From: a virus
Taxonomy: Duplodnaviria; Caudoviricetes
Reading direction: 5' to 3' (one strand)
Virus record (IMG/VR): IMGVR_UViG_3300026088_000016
Location: 8,251-72,250 of that record
Length of the DNA stretch: 64,000 bases
Shown here piece after piece: positions 48,357 to 57,738 of the stretch (its first letter is position 1; each line of letters begins with the position of its first letter). The notes under the pieces were generated by a model, which searched no databases, was not told where the DNA came from, and worked only from the letters and a program-made list of their open reading frames with translations. The position numbers were made by a program, and so were the translations under genes.

Positions 48357-48580
48357 TTTTTGAGGTTTTCCGACAGTTGAGAAGCGAGGTTGATTGCCGC
48401 CAAGGATTCGTGGAAGCTCGACGACTGGAGCTGTCCCGGCTGAGTGGGGGACTGCGTCAGATAAAGAACCACGCAATGATTGTTCGATTTTTCGGGGCAA
48501 CAAGCGTTCCGGGACCGCATGGCGGCTTTCTTCAGCTTGTTGATTTCCGTTACACTGAGAACCAGATATTGTTTTGACAT
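48353..48580 (-). CDS. hypothetical protein
   Basis: ORF with leaderless promoter. Confidence 0.55.
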   Translation of the reverse strand: MSKQYLVLSVTEINKLKKAAMRSRNACCPEKSNNHCVVLYLTQSPTQPGQLQSSSFHESLAAINLASQLSENLKK

Positions 48581-48585
48581 ATCGG

Positions 48586-48614
48586 AAGGTCGCACCGGTC
48601 TGCCCGGCTGTCAA
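48586..48614 (-). promoter_or_regulatory. promoter, leaderless geometry
   Basis: TTGACA-17-GACCTT-5nt-ATG on minus strand. Confidence 0.55.
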
Positions 48615-48620
48615 AAAGAA

Positions 48621-48648
48621 AAAGCCCCTATCTCACGATAGGGGCTTT
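48621..48648 (-). terminator. intrinsic terminator
   Basis: AAAGCCCCTATC-GTGA-GATAGGGGCTTT followed by TTCTTT on minus strand. Confidence 0.85.
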
Positions 48649-48664
48649 ACGGTTCGAGGCAGAC

Positions 48665-48976
48665 TCAGTGAGTCAGCTTGGCCGCGCGCTTCGGCACCAA
48701 GCCGGCGCGTTGCAGACGGCCGCGGACTGCGGCCTTGGAGCGATGGGGAATCGCTTGATAGGCCGCGGCATGGCCGGCAGTCCGGAAGGACTGTTCGACC
48801 AATTGGAGTTCCTTGATGCTCCACTCCGCGCCCGCGGAACGGGCGAAGGGCGGCTTTGCGGGGTGCATCACCGGGAGGGAGTTCAGAGGAACCAACTGAG
48901 TCGTCGGAGCGACCGGCGCATTGACTGCGCGAGTCGGATTCTCGCCGCGGATTTCGATGGGGATGGCGTGGCTCAT
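48665..48976 (-). CDS. Myb/SANT-like HTH protein
   Basis: WSIKELQLV...PHRSKAAVRGRLQRAGL. Confidence 0.5.
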   Translation of the reverse strand: MSHAIPIEIRGENPTRAVNAPVAPTTQLVPLNSLPVMHPAKPPFARSAGAEWSIKELQLVEQSFRTAGHAAAYQAIPHRSKAAVRGRLQRAGLVPKRAAKLTH

Positions 48977-48978
48977 GG

Positions 48979-49878
48979 TTAGCAGCCTTTGATGGACGCA
49001 ATCAGCGCCTTCAGTCCATCGGTCACGGGACCGGCGGGACGGAAGTCAGGCACTGGCGACGTGTTGCCCGTCGGGAACTTCTTCATCTCGGAGCCGAGCG
49101 TGAAAAAGTTGTCCGAGTAAGACACGTTCGGATTGCCGAACGAGCGGGTCTTCCGGAACGTGAAGATGGTCTTCGCGCCGGAGTTGTAGTCGGAGCCCTT
49201 CATGGTCAGCATGACCATGACGTATTGCTTCCCGTCCGCGAGGTAGGGAAACACGGTCTGGTTCGGGTCCGGGAATGTCGCCGGCTTTTCCACCAGCAAC
49301 ATCGCGGTCGTCATGTAGTCGAACCGGCGCAGCGCTTTGACCGCGGGGTTCTCCTTGTTGGCCTTGACGGACTCGTTCCATTCCTTGTAGTCGAGCGTGC
49401 CGCCACACTTCACCACCTCTTCACGAGTGCGGCAATGGAGCCCGAGACCGCCGCCGTCCACCTTCTCGACGAAGCTGGTGCGCTTGAAGCCAATCACCAC
49501 CACGTTGAGCGGAGCGGGAGCGGCCGGCAACGGCTGGTTCGGCAGTGCCTTCGGCACGGAGAACAAGACGTGCGTCTGGTCCAGAACGATGTCGCAAGCG
49601 TTGAAGACCAGCGACAGGTCGCCGACCTTCTTCACGATGTTGATTTTCGGGATGATGATGTCTTCAAACCCGATGTTGTTGTCGTCGAAAATCGCGTGAG
49701 GCGATTCCGCCGGCACAGAGACCGCGCGTTCCGTCGGCACGGAGCCACCGGATTCGGGGCCCTGTTCCGCACAGCCGGCATCGGCTGGAGCGGGTTCACA
49801 GGCGGTCGTGGTCGTCTCAATGGTCACTCCCTCCACAGGAGTTTGAACGACGTTTTTCTCGAAGCTAACTTTGCTCAT
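48979..49878 (-). CDS. probable ssDNA-binding protein
   Basis: EDIIIPKINIVKK pattern; located in replication module. Confidence 0.45.
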   Translation of the reverse strand: MSKVSFEKNVVQTPVEGVTIETTTTACEPAPADAGCAEQGPESGGSVPTERAVSVPAESPHAIFDDNNIGFEDIIIPKINIVKKVGDLSLVFNACDIVLDQTHVLFSVPKALPNQPLPAAPAPLNVVVIGFKRTSFVEKVDGGGLGLHCRTREEVVKCGGTLDYKEWNESVKANKENPAVKALRRFDYMTTAMLLVEKPATFPDPNQTVFPYLADGKQYVMVMLTMKGSDYNSGAKTIFTFRKTRSFGNPNVSYSDNFFTLGSEMKKFPTGNTSPVPDFRPAGPVTDGLKALIASIKGC

Positions 49879-49919
49879 GGTTTCGTTTTTTGGTTTGGTT
49901 GTTGCAGAGATGGCGGCGA

Positions 49920-50963
49920 TTACAGTTTCACCACCAAAATGTCCTGATTGGGGACGACGTAGCGGTTGACGGACGTGCTCTCGACGAACACTTGGAAGTC
50001 CTTCAGCTCCGCGGGGCCGACCTTGATTTCTCCGACGACCGGGAGACCCAGCACATGGCGAATTTCGTCGTTGTTGCCCGAGTAGAGATGCCCGTCCGGC
50101 TTGGTGCGCAGACAGATTTTCTTGTGGGGCTGAATCGTTTCGGGCTTGACCAGCTCGTAGAACGCGGAGCCGATTACATACGGCTTGCTCGTCGCGCGCT
50201 CGACGAACGACGCGATGGATTCCCTGCCGCTGCCCGTCGCCTTGAACACCGTGTAGGCGTCCGTGACCGGCTTCAGCTTTTTCACAACGTCGGTGCGCTT
50301 GCCAACCGCGGGAGTGAAAAGGTTCTTGGAAGAGCGAACGCCACTGGCCCGAAGGGTCATGTAGTTCTGCGTCGCCGCCTTAACTGCGTTGCTCGCGTCG
50401 TTCAGGCCCGCCTCGGAGGTGCAATCCCATTGCTGGATGTTGCCGGTGGAAAAACCAAGCTCCCGGCATTGGCGATGGGCTCCGTCGGTGGGGACCAGCG
50501 CACAGACCGTCCAGTTCTCCTTCAGGTGCTCGAAGCGTTCCTGAAGCAGCCGGCGGTTCGAGTTGCCCGGGTAACGGTCAACCGTCTCCTCACCGTCGGT
50601 GATGACGTAAACGAGAAACGCATGGTCCGCGTGCAGTTCCGGCGTCTGGCCGAGTTCCGCGAGCGTCAGGAGGGTTGCCTGAATCAGCGGAGTGCCGCCG
50701 GTCGGGGAGTATTGACCCTTCAACGAAGGCAGACGCAGCACGTCGCAGTCATACGCGATGCAGCGGGTCTTCGTGCCGTTGAACAAATACAGCGAGACTC
50801 GCGTCTCCTGTTCCTGTTTCACCGATTGCTCGGCGAGCGTTTTGATTTGGTCGTCGAAAACTCGAACGACTGCCGCCTGATGGCGGCTCATTGAGCCGCT
50901 CTCGTCAATGACGAAGGCGACGTGGTTAATCGGCCGGAGCCGGATGGTGTTGGTGGTGTTCAT
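49920..50963 (-). CDS. von Willebrand factor A domain protein
   Basis: MIDAS DESGS, TPL..A, ITDGEE. Confidence 0.85.
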   Translation of the reverse strand: MNTTNTIRLRPINHVAFVIDESGSMSRHQAAVVRVFDDQIKTLAEQSVKQEQETRVSLYLFNGTKTRCIAYDCDVLRLPSLKGQYSPTGGTPLIQATLLTLAELGQTPELHADHAFLVYVITDGEETVDRYPGNSNRRLLQERFEHLKENWTVCALVPTDGAHRQCRELGFSTGNIQQWDCTSEAGLNDASNAVKAATQNYMTLRASGVRSSKNLFTPAVGKRTDVVKKLKPVTDAYTVFKATGSGRESIASFVERATSKPYVIGSAFYELVKPETIQPHKKICLRTKPDGHLYSGNNDEIRHVLGLPVVGEIKVGPAELKDFQVFVESTSVNRYVVPNQDILVVKL

Positions 50964-50985
50964 AAAAATCAAAGTAGCACTCGTG

Positions 50986-52158
50986 TCAATCTTTGGCGAC
51001 CTTCTTGTCGTCCTGCACCCGGCTCTGGCGGAGGAACGAGAACGGCTTGCCGAGCTCGATAGCGCCGCCGGCTATCGCCGCCTTGCCGAAGTCTTCCACC
51101 GTCTTCTCCTTGGCGCCGCGGAGGGCCCAAGTGGAGACCAATTTTTCGAGCTCCCCGATGGGAACATCGAACAGTTCATCCACGAGATGCTGGTGCTCCG
51201 CCGGGATGTAGTTCTTGGCAATCTCGCCAAGCTGGCGGGCTTTCACGACGGCACGACGTTGCGATTCAACAAGGGTGTAGCCCTCGGGGATGAAGTCCGG
51301 GTCCTCGACAGTGCGAGCGGTGGCTTGGCGTCGGAACGCCTCGGCCCACGTCGCCACGATGGCAGCGAGCTTGATGCCGAGAGCTGCATCCTTGGAATTG
51401 GAAACCATCGACGGCGTGACCGTCTCCGGGATTTCGAGGGGGCGATACTTCTTCCCGAGCTTGAGCGCGACTTCCGCAACCTTCGGACACTTGCCGATGA
51501 GACCGCAGAAAAGGCAGCTCGACGTGTTGGGCGTCGCCATCGAAAAATCTTCGGGGTCCTTGCGGGCTTCAATCGCGCGCATCACCACAGTCCGAACCCG
51601 GACCAACATGGTGTCGAAGTCGGCCGCGATGAAGGTGTGCTCGGTGGTGTAGTCGAGGTGCGGCATGATGAACCGGACGATGACTTTCTTCACCTTGGGG
51701 AACGCCTTGATGACACCAAGCGCGTAGGCGATGCCCTGAAGGTTGTTCTTGGCCTCTTCGACCGCGTTGTTGCCGAATTTCCAGTCGATTACCTCGGCCT
51801 CAATCTGGTCGGCCGACACAAGAACCACGTCCGCGTAGCCGGCGGTGGTGCCTTGGAACGAGCCGATTTTCTGGTCGTCCACCGGGAGATATTGCTCCTT
51901 GAGCATGGTTCCGCCGGGATACATCTTGAAGCGTTCCTCGGCGAACTCGATGCAGTTAATCACGGCCGCGGCGCGGTAGTCGGGGAGCTTCGGGTCGTCA
52001 ATTTTGGAATCGACGGCGTCGTGCTGGCGAGTGCCGACCTTGGCCATTTCATGGACTTCGCCTTCACGCTGCTCGAACTTGGGACACCCCTCGCGCATCT
52101 GGAGGGAACTGGGGGAATAGGGGTGATGGACGCGGGACTCGGAGGTTTCAGGTTTCAT
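50986..52158 (-). CDS. Cas4-like PD-(D/E)xK exonuclease
   Basis: SPSS...CP, GT..H, GYADVV, IDWKFG, Q..AYALG, CLFC...CP. Confidence 0.8.
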   Translation of the reverse strand: MKPETSESRVHHPYSPSSLQMREGCPKFEQREGEVHEMAKVGTRQHDAVDSKIDDPKLPDYRAAAVINCIEFAEERFKMYPGGTMLKEQYLPVDDQKIGSFQGTTAGYADVVLVSADQIEAEVIDWKFGNNAVEEAKNNLQGIAYALGVIKAFPKVKKVIVRFIMPHLDYTTEHTFIAADFDTMLVRVRTVVMRAIEARKDPEDFSMATPNTSSCLFCGLIGKCPKVAEVALKLGKKYRPLEIPETVTPSMVSNSKDAALGIKLAAIVATWAEAFRRQATARTVEDPDFIPEGYTLVESQRRAVVKARQLGEIAKNYIPAEHQHLVDELFDVPIGELEKLVSTWALRGAKEKTVEDFGKAAIAGGAIELGKPFSFLRQSRVQDDKKVAKD

Positions 52159-52179
52159 AGAATGCACAAACGCAAAACC

Positions 52180-52207
52180 AAGATGCGAATTCAACCCGGG
52201 ATGTCAA
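52180..52207 (-). promoter_or_regulatory. promoter
   Basis: TTGACA-16-CATCTT on minus strand. Confidence 0.55.
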
Positions 52208-52583
52208 CCCCGATATTGTTGATTTTCGACGAGAGCCAACTCGGATTGAGACGACGTTCGGATTTGAAGTCCACCGCTCCGGCGTAAACCGGAATCCCCA
52301 TGCGGAGGGCCTCCCGCACTTCCTCCCGGGCGCCACTGGACTTCATCCAGTCCGGCGTAAGCACGAGAGCCTCACAGCGACGGAGGATTTCCAAGTCACC
52401 CTCAAGCCAGACCGAATCTGGCGCGGCACCCTGAAAAAATCTCGTATTGGTGTGCGGACAGATGGCGCACCAACCCGGCGTGCGCCAGATTTCGAGCGAA
52501 AGCGCTTCGGCCCGACGGATGTTCTGCTCAATCTCCCACGCATTCTCCGCGCGAAAAGGCCCGGCGACGTATGCGATTTTCAT
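52191..52583 (-). CDS. nucleoside deoxyribosyltransferase-fold protein (DUF4406-like)
   Basis: YVAGPF, CPH, LRRCE...DW..SSGAREE...GIPV. Confidence 0.75.
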   Translation of the reverse strand: MKIAYVAGPFRAENAWEIEQNIRRAEALSLEIWRTPGWCAICPHTNTRFFQGAAPDSVWLEGDLEILRRCEALVLTPDWMKSSGAREEVREALRMGIPVYAGAVDFKSERRLNPSWLSSKINNIGVDIPG

Positions 52584-52698
52584 TGGCAGTGACAGGTGCA
52601 GGGATGGTTCGCGGCCCGGAAAATCTTGGCCCACTGTCTCCCGCCCCAAATCATCAGGGCGAGACAAACCATTCCGGTGATAACCCACTGATACGGTC

Positions 52699-52956
52699 TC
52701 ATACCACCAGACCCTGTTCCTTCGCGCGCTGGCGGGCCGCGGCCCACTTATCCTGCGTGCGCTTGCTCTCTGCCTGCTTCGGCGCGGCCGAAGTGGGTGT
52801 TACCACTTCGACCACACGAAGCGAGGCGATTTTGCCGCGGCGCAGCCGGGTCTGTTGCTCGGCGCAGAGTTCTGCGTAAGCGTTGGTCTCGGGACGGCCC
52901 CGGGTTCCCCACAGGGTCTGCATGATTTGTTTTGCACTGCGCGCTACTTTTCCCAT
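52699..52956 (-). CDS. basic hypothetical protein
   Basis: ORF. Confidence 0.45.
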   Translation of the reverse strand: MGKVARSAKQIMQTLWGTRGRPETNAYAELCAEQQTRLRRGKIASLRVVEVVTPTSAAPKQAESKRTQDKWAAARQRAKEQGLVV

Positions 52957-52957
52957 A

Positions 52958-53122
52958 TCACTTCTTTCGGTTGCGTGGCTTGAAGCCGGGCGTGTGTTCG
53001 ATTGCGTGAAGCAACCGAATCTGAGCGTCCGCATTTTTCTTCGTGCAGTTCTTGCACTTGACTCCATGCGGGCTCGTCACTCGGACCCCACCACTTTTGG
53101 TTTTGGTTTCTTTGTATGGCAT
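52958..53122 (-). CDS. 54-aa basic phage protein
   Basis: MPYKETKTKSGGVRVTSPHGVKCKNCTKKNADAQIRLLHAIEH...; below ORF-track cutoff. Confidence 0.55.
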   Translation of the reverse strand: MPYKETKTKSGGVRVTSPHGVKCKNCTKKNADAQIRLLHAIEHTPGFKPRNRKK

Positions 53123-53138
53123 CTGTCTTCCCTCCTTT

Positions 53139-54656
53139 CTAACATACTTCTGGAAATTTCTCCAACTTTAGGTTCGGGATGGCGGCGCAAAGGTCGCCAT
53201 CGTTCAGCAGGTCAATGCGGTCCAGCTTGCCGGCGACAGCCTTGTGGACGCGCTCCTGCACCGTGCCAGCCGCGAGCACGAACCGAAAAAGGGCTTTCGA
53301 TTTCCCGAGTGCTCGACGCAGCCGGCCGACTACCTGACGGGTTTGCTTGGCGGAATATCCGAGCGAGCCCAGCCCCAGCCGCGGGAATTCGCCCCGGACG
53401 TCGTGAAGGTTAATCGACTCAGAGCCGGCGGCGTTGGTGCAGACGATGTAGGGTTCTTCGTCACGTTGAAAAGCATCCACGCAGGCCATGCGGCGGCGGG
53501 CTCCTGCGTCGCCAGTCTGGGAGCCGTCCACGCGACAAGTTGTGCCCAGCATCTTGCAGCATTCTTCGACGGTCTCGCGATAGTTGAAGAACAGCGCAAC
53601 GTGTCTGCCTTCAGCTTTCGCATCCTCGGCCAGCTCCACGAACACCGGGAGCATCAGCATCTCGATTTCTTGCTGGTCCCGGATGAGTTCCGTCAGCGCC
53701 GCCACGTCGCCAGCGCGTCTTGCATTGATTCGGTCAACGGCACACTGCATCCGGCCATAGAGAGAAGCGATGCGACCAGCAGCCTCGCAATTGTAGAGCT
53801 CCGCCGTGATTTGGATTTCTGGGAAGGCATCGCCAAGCGAATCAATACGCACCCGGGTTCCCCGCTCGGGGAAGAGTTCAGCGTGAAGAGCTTGAAGAAT
53901 TTCCCTTTTTCGAGCTGCTCCTGCCGTGAAGTGCAGCCCGAGCATAGGAAGCTTCTGACAACCATGTCGGAAGGCCCATTGATAGAAACCCCGGGGGCCC
54001 GCGCCGTCTCGTGCATCGACCAAGTTGTGCAGGCCCAGCAGGTATCCCAAGGCGCGAAAATGGAGTGGCGACTCTGCGACGGTGGCGGACAGCACGAGTG
54101 TTTTAATCCGCTGGCGTCTTGCTGCAATGAGCATATCAGCTTGGAGAGACTTGAGAGCCGAGCAACGGTGTGCTTCATCGAAGACAAGAGTCTGAATGGC
54201 GGAGTGCCAGTTAAACTTACCGTAGGCATGAGGCACTGGTTTAGAAACAAGTTCATGGGGCGAGTGGGGTTGAGGATATGGGCAAAGGTCGGTTGGGTCT
54301 TCCGGATGGACGATGCGCTGACATCGGGTGCAACGGTGAATTCTTTTTCGTTCGGCCGGCATCGGGTTGTCCCACCAGCCGAACGGAGTCTTGCCCAGCC
54401 GGAGCGCTTCGTAGTGGAGCGCGTCGAACTCGGTGTTGAGATGAGTTCCCATGCGCTGCCAGCCGGCGACAGAGACCCGCGGGCAGACAACCAGCGCTGC
54501 GTCGTTCAGCGCCCGCAGGACGGCGATGGCGTGCGCGGTCTTCCCGGTGCCCATCTCAGAGGCGTCGAGCGCAGCGCCGTGCTTGAGAAGAGCCCGAAGC
54601 AGTTGTCGCGCTGCTTCGGGCTGGTGCGGTAGCAATCCTGTCGGGTCAATTTCCAC
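53139..54656 (-). CDS. SF2 (SNF2-like) helicase with Zn-finger insertion
   Basis: SEMGTGKT, FDEAH, LSAT, Q..GR..R. Confidence 0.9.
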   Translation of the reverse strand: MEIDPTGLLPHQPEAARQLLRALLKHGAALDASEMGTGKTAHAIAVLRALNDAALVVCPRVSVAGWQRMGTHLNTEFDALHYEALRLGKTPFGWWDNPMPAERKRIHRCTRCQRIVHPEDPTDLCPYPQPHSPHELVSKPVPHAYGKFNWHSAIQTLVFDEAHRCSALKSLQADMLIAARRQRIKTLVLSATVAESPLHFRALGYLLGLHNLVDARDGAGPRGFYQWAFRHGCQKLPMLGLHFTAGAARKREILQALHAELFPERGTRVRIDSLGDAFPEIQITAELYNCEAAGRIASLYGRMQCAVDRINARRAGDVAALTELIRDQQEIEMLMLPVFVELAEDAKAEGRHVALFFNYRETVEECCKMLGTTCRVDGSQTGDAGARRRMACVDAFQRDEEPYIVCTNAAGSESINLHDVRGEFPRLGLGSLGYSAKQTRQVVGRLRRALGKSKALFRFVLAAGTVQERVHKAVAGKLDRIDLLNDGDLCAAIPNLKLEKFPEVC

Positions 54657-54840
54657 TTGCGTAATTGCACCACGAAGCGTGATTCCCTATTTTCCCACAG
54701 CATTCATAGACGGGAGCGTCGAACGGACTCACCACGCTCTCGGTCTTCTCGAAGACCTCGCATTCGCCTTTCGACAAATGGCTCTTCAGTCCGACGAGGT
54801 CGAAGTCGGGTTCAGCACAAAACGGACAACAGATAGTCAT
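54646..54840 (-). CDS. small Zn-finger protein
   Basis: CPFC...H...C. Confidence 0.5.
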   Translation of the reverse strand: MTICCPFCAEPDFDLVGLKSHLSKGECEVFEKTESVVSPFDAPVYECCGKIGNHASWCNYASGN

Positions 54841-55454
54841 AGGATGATTCGGACCACTTCGATTGCCCCTTCGTAAATGGAGCCGTCGATGGGCATCATC
54901 CTACCATTCTGCGGCTCAAAAAACAACCATTGGCCGTCGTCGCGCTGGATGACGTTAATCGCGTGATAGAAATCCCCCGTGAACGAGTGCGAGAACAGGT
55001 CGTAATATCCGTCAACGTGGATGAGGGCGATGCCGACGACGGGCGGGGGTGGAAGCATGTAGGACTCGGTCCTCATGTTCCAGCACTGCGCGAGGTAGAA
55101 AAACTCCAGAGCGAAGTTGTCGCAGTCCCACGCTTCGGACTCGTAGGGGAAAGGCTCCTTGCGCGCTTTCCAGAAGGCAATCAGGCTGTCAATCGACTCG
55201 GGCGAGAGCTGCCGATAGATTCCGTCCCACGGTCCGTCCTTCAGCTCCTCGTTGGCCTCGGGCCAGAGGAGGGACGACATGTCCGAGACCAATTCATCAC
55301 GACGAATAAACTTCGTCGGGTCCAGCCCGACAATCGTCCCGGACTCCTGCTCATCGACGACCGGCGTCGAGGTCGTCAATAACTTCATCCCGGAGGTCAA
55401 GCCCCCGCAACAAAGAGCGCACACGAGCGCGATACCAATCCAACCAAACTTCAT
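54837..55454 (-). CDS. exported papain/transglutaminase-like cysteine protease candidate
   Basis: Signal-like N-terminus; WDCDNFA, HAIN, FFEPQ putative Cys-His-Glu triad. Confidence 0.65.
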   Translation of the reverse strand: MKFGWIGIALVCALCCGGLTSGMKLLTTSTPVVDEQESGTIVGLDPTKFIRRDELVSDMSSLLWPEANEELKDGPWDGIYRQLSPESIDSLIAFWKARKEPFPYESEAWDCDNFALEFFYLAQCWNMRTESYMLPPPPVVGIALIHVDGYYDLFSHSFTGDFYHAINVIQRDDGQWLFFEPQNGRMMPIDGSIYEGAIEVVRIIL

Positions 55455-55932
55455 CTGCTACCTGTCCTATCTGCGGTTCGGCGTTTTTCTTGAACTCGTT
55501 CAACTCGCCTGCCAACCGCGCTCGGAGCAAGTAGAACCACGGCGGGTCAAACAGGACGCACGCCTTATCCGCCCAGCAGAGTAGGGATGGAGATTGATTT
55601 GTCTGGCGGGACAGTTCACGACTGTGACCGACCGCCAGAAGGTAGGTAGCAAAACCGTAGGAGCGAACCTGATTCTTGGGGACTCGGAAGAGCGGGCAGA
55701 GGAAATGCACCGCCCGGGCTGCGAGGCAAGCGCCCTTCACCGGATGCTTTCTCCCCTCCGGTCCGTCGAGGTTCGGCAGAGTGACGTAGCCGGCGTCGTG
55801 AAAAATGATGGCCATCAGCGTCCACCAGTTTGGATTGTAGCCGTAGAGCCAGCGCCACGCGCGCCAGACCGTGAACGGGTGCCAGATGAACTGGTGAACC
55901 CCGAACAGGACGGTGCGCGTTCCGATTTTCAT
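55351..55932 (-). CDS. HD-domain phosphohydrolase-like protein
   Basis: HQF..HP, IFHDAGY, H..KGA, GHS, WADK. Confidence 0.65.
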   Translation of the reverse strand: MKIGTRTVLFGVHQFIWHPFTVWRAWRWLYGYNPNWWTLMAIIFHDAGYVTLPNLDGPEGRKHPVKGACLAARAVHFLCPLFRVPKNQVRSYGFATYLLAVGHSRELSRQTNQSPSLLCWADKACVLFDPPWFYLLRARLAGELNEFKKNAEPQIGQVADEVWLDWYRARVRSLLRGLDLRDEVIDDLDAGRR

Positions 55933-56026
55933 TCCCAGCAAGAGATGGCCAACCGAACGAAAATCGACGCCGTGGCAAACAGTATCGACGCAATTACAAT
56001 CGCGAATGCGGTTGTGATGAGGGTCT

Positions 56027-56461
56027 TCACTCGTGGTCGAGGGTGTGCGGAACGGAGTTGTCGTCATTGTCGAGCGCGTGAATCGCCATCGGCACGAGCC
56101 AGCGAAGGTTCGGGATAACCTTCGGATGGTTGCGAACGTCGATGATGCTGAAGAGTCCGACTTGCTCCTCGGTCATTTGCGTCAGGTTGTCGCGGCCCTT
56201 GGGCAGACGAATCGCGAAGCAATGAACCCGAACCGAGGGAAAGGACATCTGCGTAAAGGGAAGCCACTCGGGCGTATGCGTCACAATTCCCGTCTCTTCC
56301 CGAAATTCTCGGGCCATCGCCTCAATTGGTGTCTCCCCCTCTTCAATCTTTCCGCCCACACCGTTTAGCAGGCCCTTCTGCCACGCTGGTTTGTTTTTGC
56401 GAATCAGCACCACGAAGTTGTCGTGGTCCGTGAACGCGAAGCCGAGGCAGTAACTGGTCAT
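56027..56461 (-). CDS. Nudix hydrolase
   Basis: Nudix box GGKIEEGETPIEAMAREFREETG. Confidence 0.92.
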   Translation of the reverse strand: MTSYCLGFAFTDHDNFVVLIRKNKPAWQKGLLNGVGGKIEEGETPIEAMAREFREETGIVTHTPEWLPFTQMSFPSVRVHCFAIRLPKGRDNLTQMTEEQVGLFSIIDVRNHPKVIPNLRWLVPMAIHALDNDDNSVPHTLDHE

Positions 56462-56940
56462 AGCATACCCCAACTCTTCGCCATCCCGCGAAGCTCGAAG
56501 TGAAAGTCCTCCAAAGAGCCGTGATTGGAAAGCTGGAAGTCTATCGCCGGATGGTCCCGGTCGTAGGTGACTGTCGGGTCCGCGGGAATTCCGGGACGGT
56601 CCACCCAGATGATTTTGTCGAACAGGTGCGCGGCAGCGACCGCTTCGAGCTCGACTTTGTCCCGGATTCCGGCCGTGATGTCGCCATTCGCCAGCACCAT
56701 GCGCGCGAGAATCGTCGGGTCTGTTGCCCGAAGGTCGTTGCAGTAGTCATACCACTGCTTCCGGTTCTGGTGACGGGTGTCCCACGCAACCTGCGGGTGC
56801 TGCCCGAGACGCGCGGCGACGTAGGGAAGTGCGGCCCACGAAAAGCTGCCAGCGTAACGGAGCCCGGTTATCTTGGCGAGATGCGCCGCGGCCTCATCCT
56901 TGCCAACGCGGCCCCAGCCCGCGAACAAAATTCTTTTCAT
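56458..56940 (-). CDS. deoxynucleoside monophosphate kinase
   Basis: P-loop GWGRVGKD, GIR...E, N.GSL.D; may start at in-frame ATG 57078. Confidence 0.78.
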   Translation of the reverse strand: MKRILFAGWGRVGKDEAAAHLAKITGLRYAGSFSWAALPYVAARLGQHPQVAWDTRHQNRKQWYDYCNDLRATDPTILARMVLANGDITAGIRDKVELEAVAAAHLFDKIIWVDRPGIPADPTVTYDRDHPAIDFQLSNHGSLEDFHFELRGMAKSWGML

Positions 56941-57074
56941 ACGGGTGCTGCTCGGCGTATTCCTGTTCGTCCGCAGGCACTTTTCCGTGGTAGCTCCGGC
57001 GGGCCAGCCGCTCCCAGTCGCGGAACCAATCGGAGTCCCACCAAACGGTTTGAAGTCGTAGCTGATGTTGTTGC

Positions 57075-57539
57075 TCATGCGCGGGGTTGGATTCGTCTGG
57101 ATGCTTCATGCTGAAGCGCGGTCAGATGTTTCTGTGCGTCCAGCAACGAGAGCTCGATTGCATTCTTGCGCTGGAGAAATCGGAAATCCTGTTTGCCTTC
57201 CAGCCGGGCCTTCTCCCGTTCAAGCGCGCGGATGCGGGCCGGCAACCGACGGAGACAGGCGCACAGTTGTTTTGCATTACGACTCTTGGCGAAGGCTTCC
57301 ACCTTGACCGCATACGGCTTCTGGTTCGCCACCGGTAAGATGATTATCCGGCCCCGCGAGCGGAGCATGGTCTTGCGGAAAGAAGCGCTCGACTTCCCCT
57401 TGGGGTTGGTCAGCATCTCGCTGCTCACTTCGAGCGGGATGTCCGGGTCCTGACGGGGATACTTGTCGGTCGGGCGCGGGACTCCCCGCTTCTGGAGAAG
57501 TTGTTTCGGTTCGATGTTGGTGCTGTTGGTCGTGTTCAT
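57075..57539 (-). CDS. hypothetical coiled-coil protein
   Basis: ORF. Confidence 0.5.
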   Translation of the reverse strand: MNTTNSTNIEPKQLLQKRGVPRPTDKYPRQDPDIPLEVSSEMLTNPKGKSSASFRKTMLRSRGRIIILPVANQKPYAVKVEAFAKSRNAKQLCACLRRLPARIRALEREKARLEGKQDFRFLQRKNAIELSLLDAQKHLTALQHEASRRIQPRA

Positions 57540-57738
57540 TTTTTGGTTGTTCACGTGTTATCGAAATTACGTTCGCACAGACTTCGCAGAATGTCCACCG
57601 ATTGCCCTGAGCGTCCTGCGCGTAGCGCCGGCTGACGGTGACTTCATTTCCATTCGCCTCCCGATACTTTGCCTGATTATCATTCGGCTTGCACAGGATG
57701 TGCAGCCGGCAGAGGTTATTGGCGCAGAAAAAGGTCAT
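57277..57738 (-). CDS. Zn-binding small protein (long overlap with next gene)
   Basis: C.N.LC..H and CEVC motifs in first 60 aa; ATGA-coupled to ligase. Confidence 0.45.
   Translation of the reverse strand: MTFFCANNLCRLHILCKPNDNQAKYREANGNEVTVSRRYAQDAQGNRWTFCEVCANVISITREQPKNEHDQQHQHRTETTSPEAGSPAPDRQVSPSGPGHPARSEQRDADQPQGEVERFFPQDHAPLAGPDNHLTGGEPEAVCGQGGSLRQES

Noticed and set aside
50986-52158. Cas4-like gene as part of a CRISPR system
   Set aside because: No cas1/cas2 or array; it sits in a standard PolA replication module.
55351-56940. 2-aminoadenine (Z) genome system
   Set aside because: No PurZ/adenylosuccinate synthetase homologue in the window.
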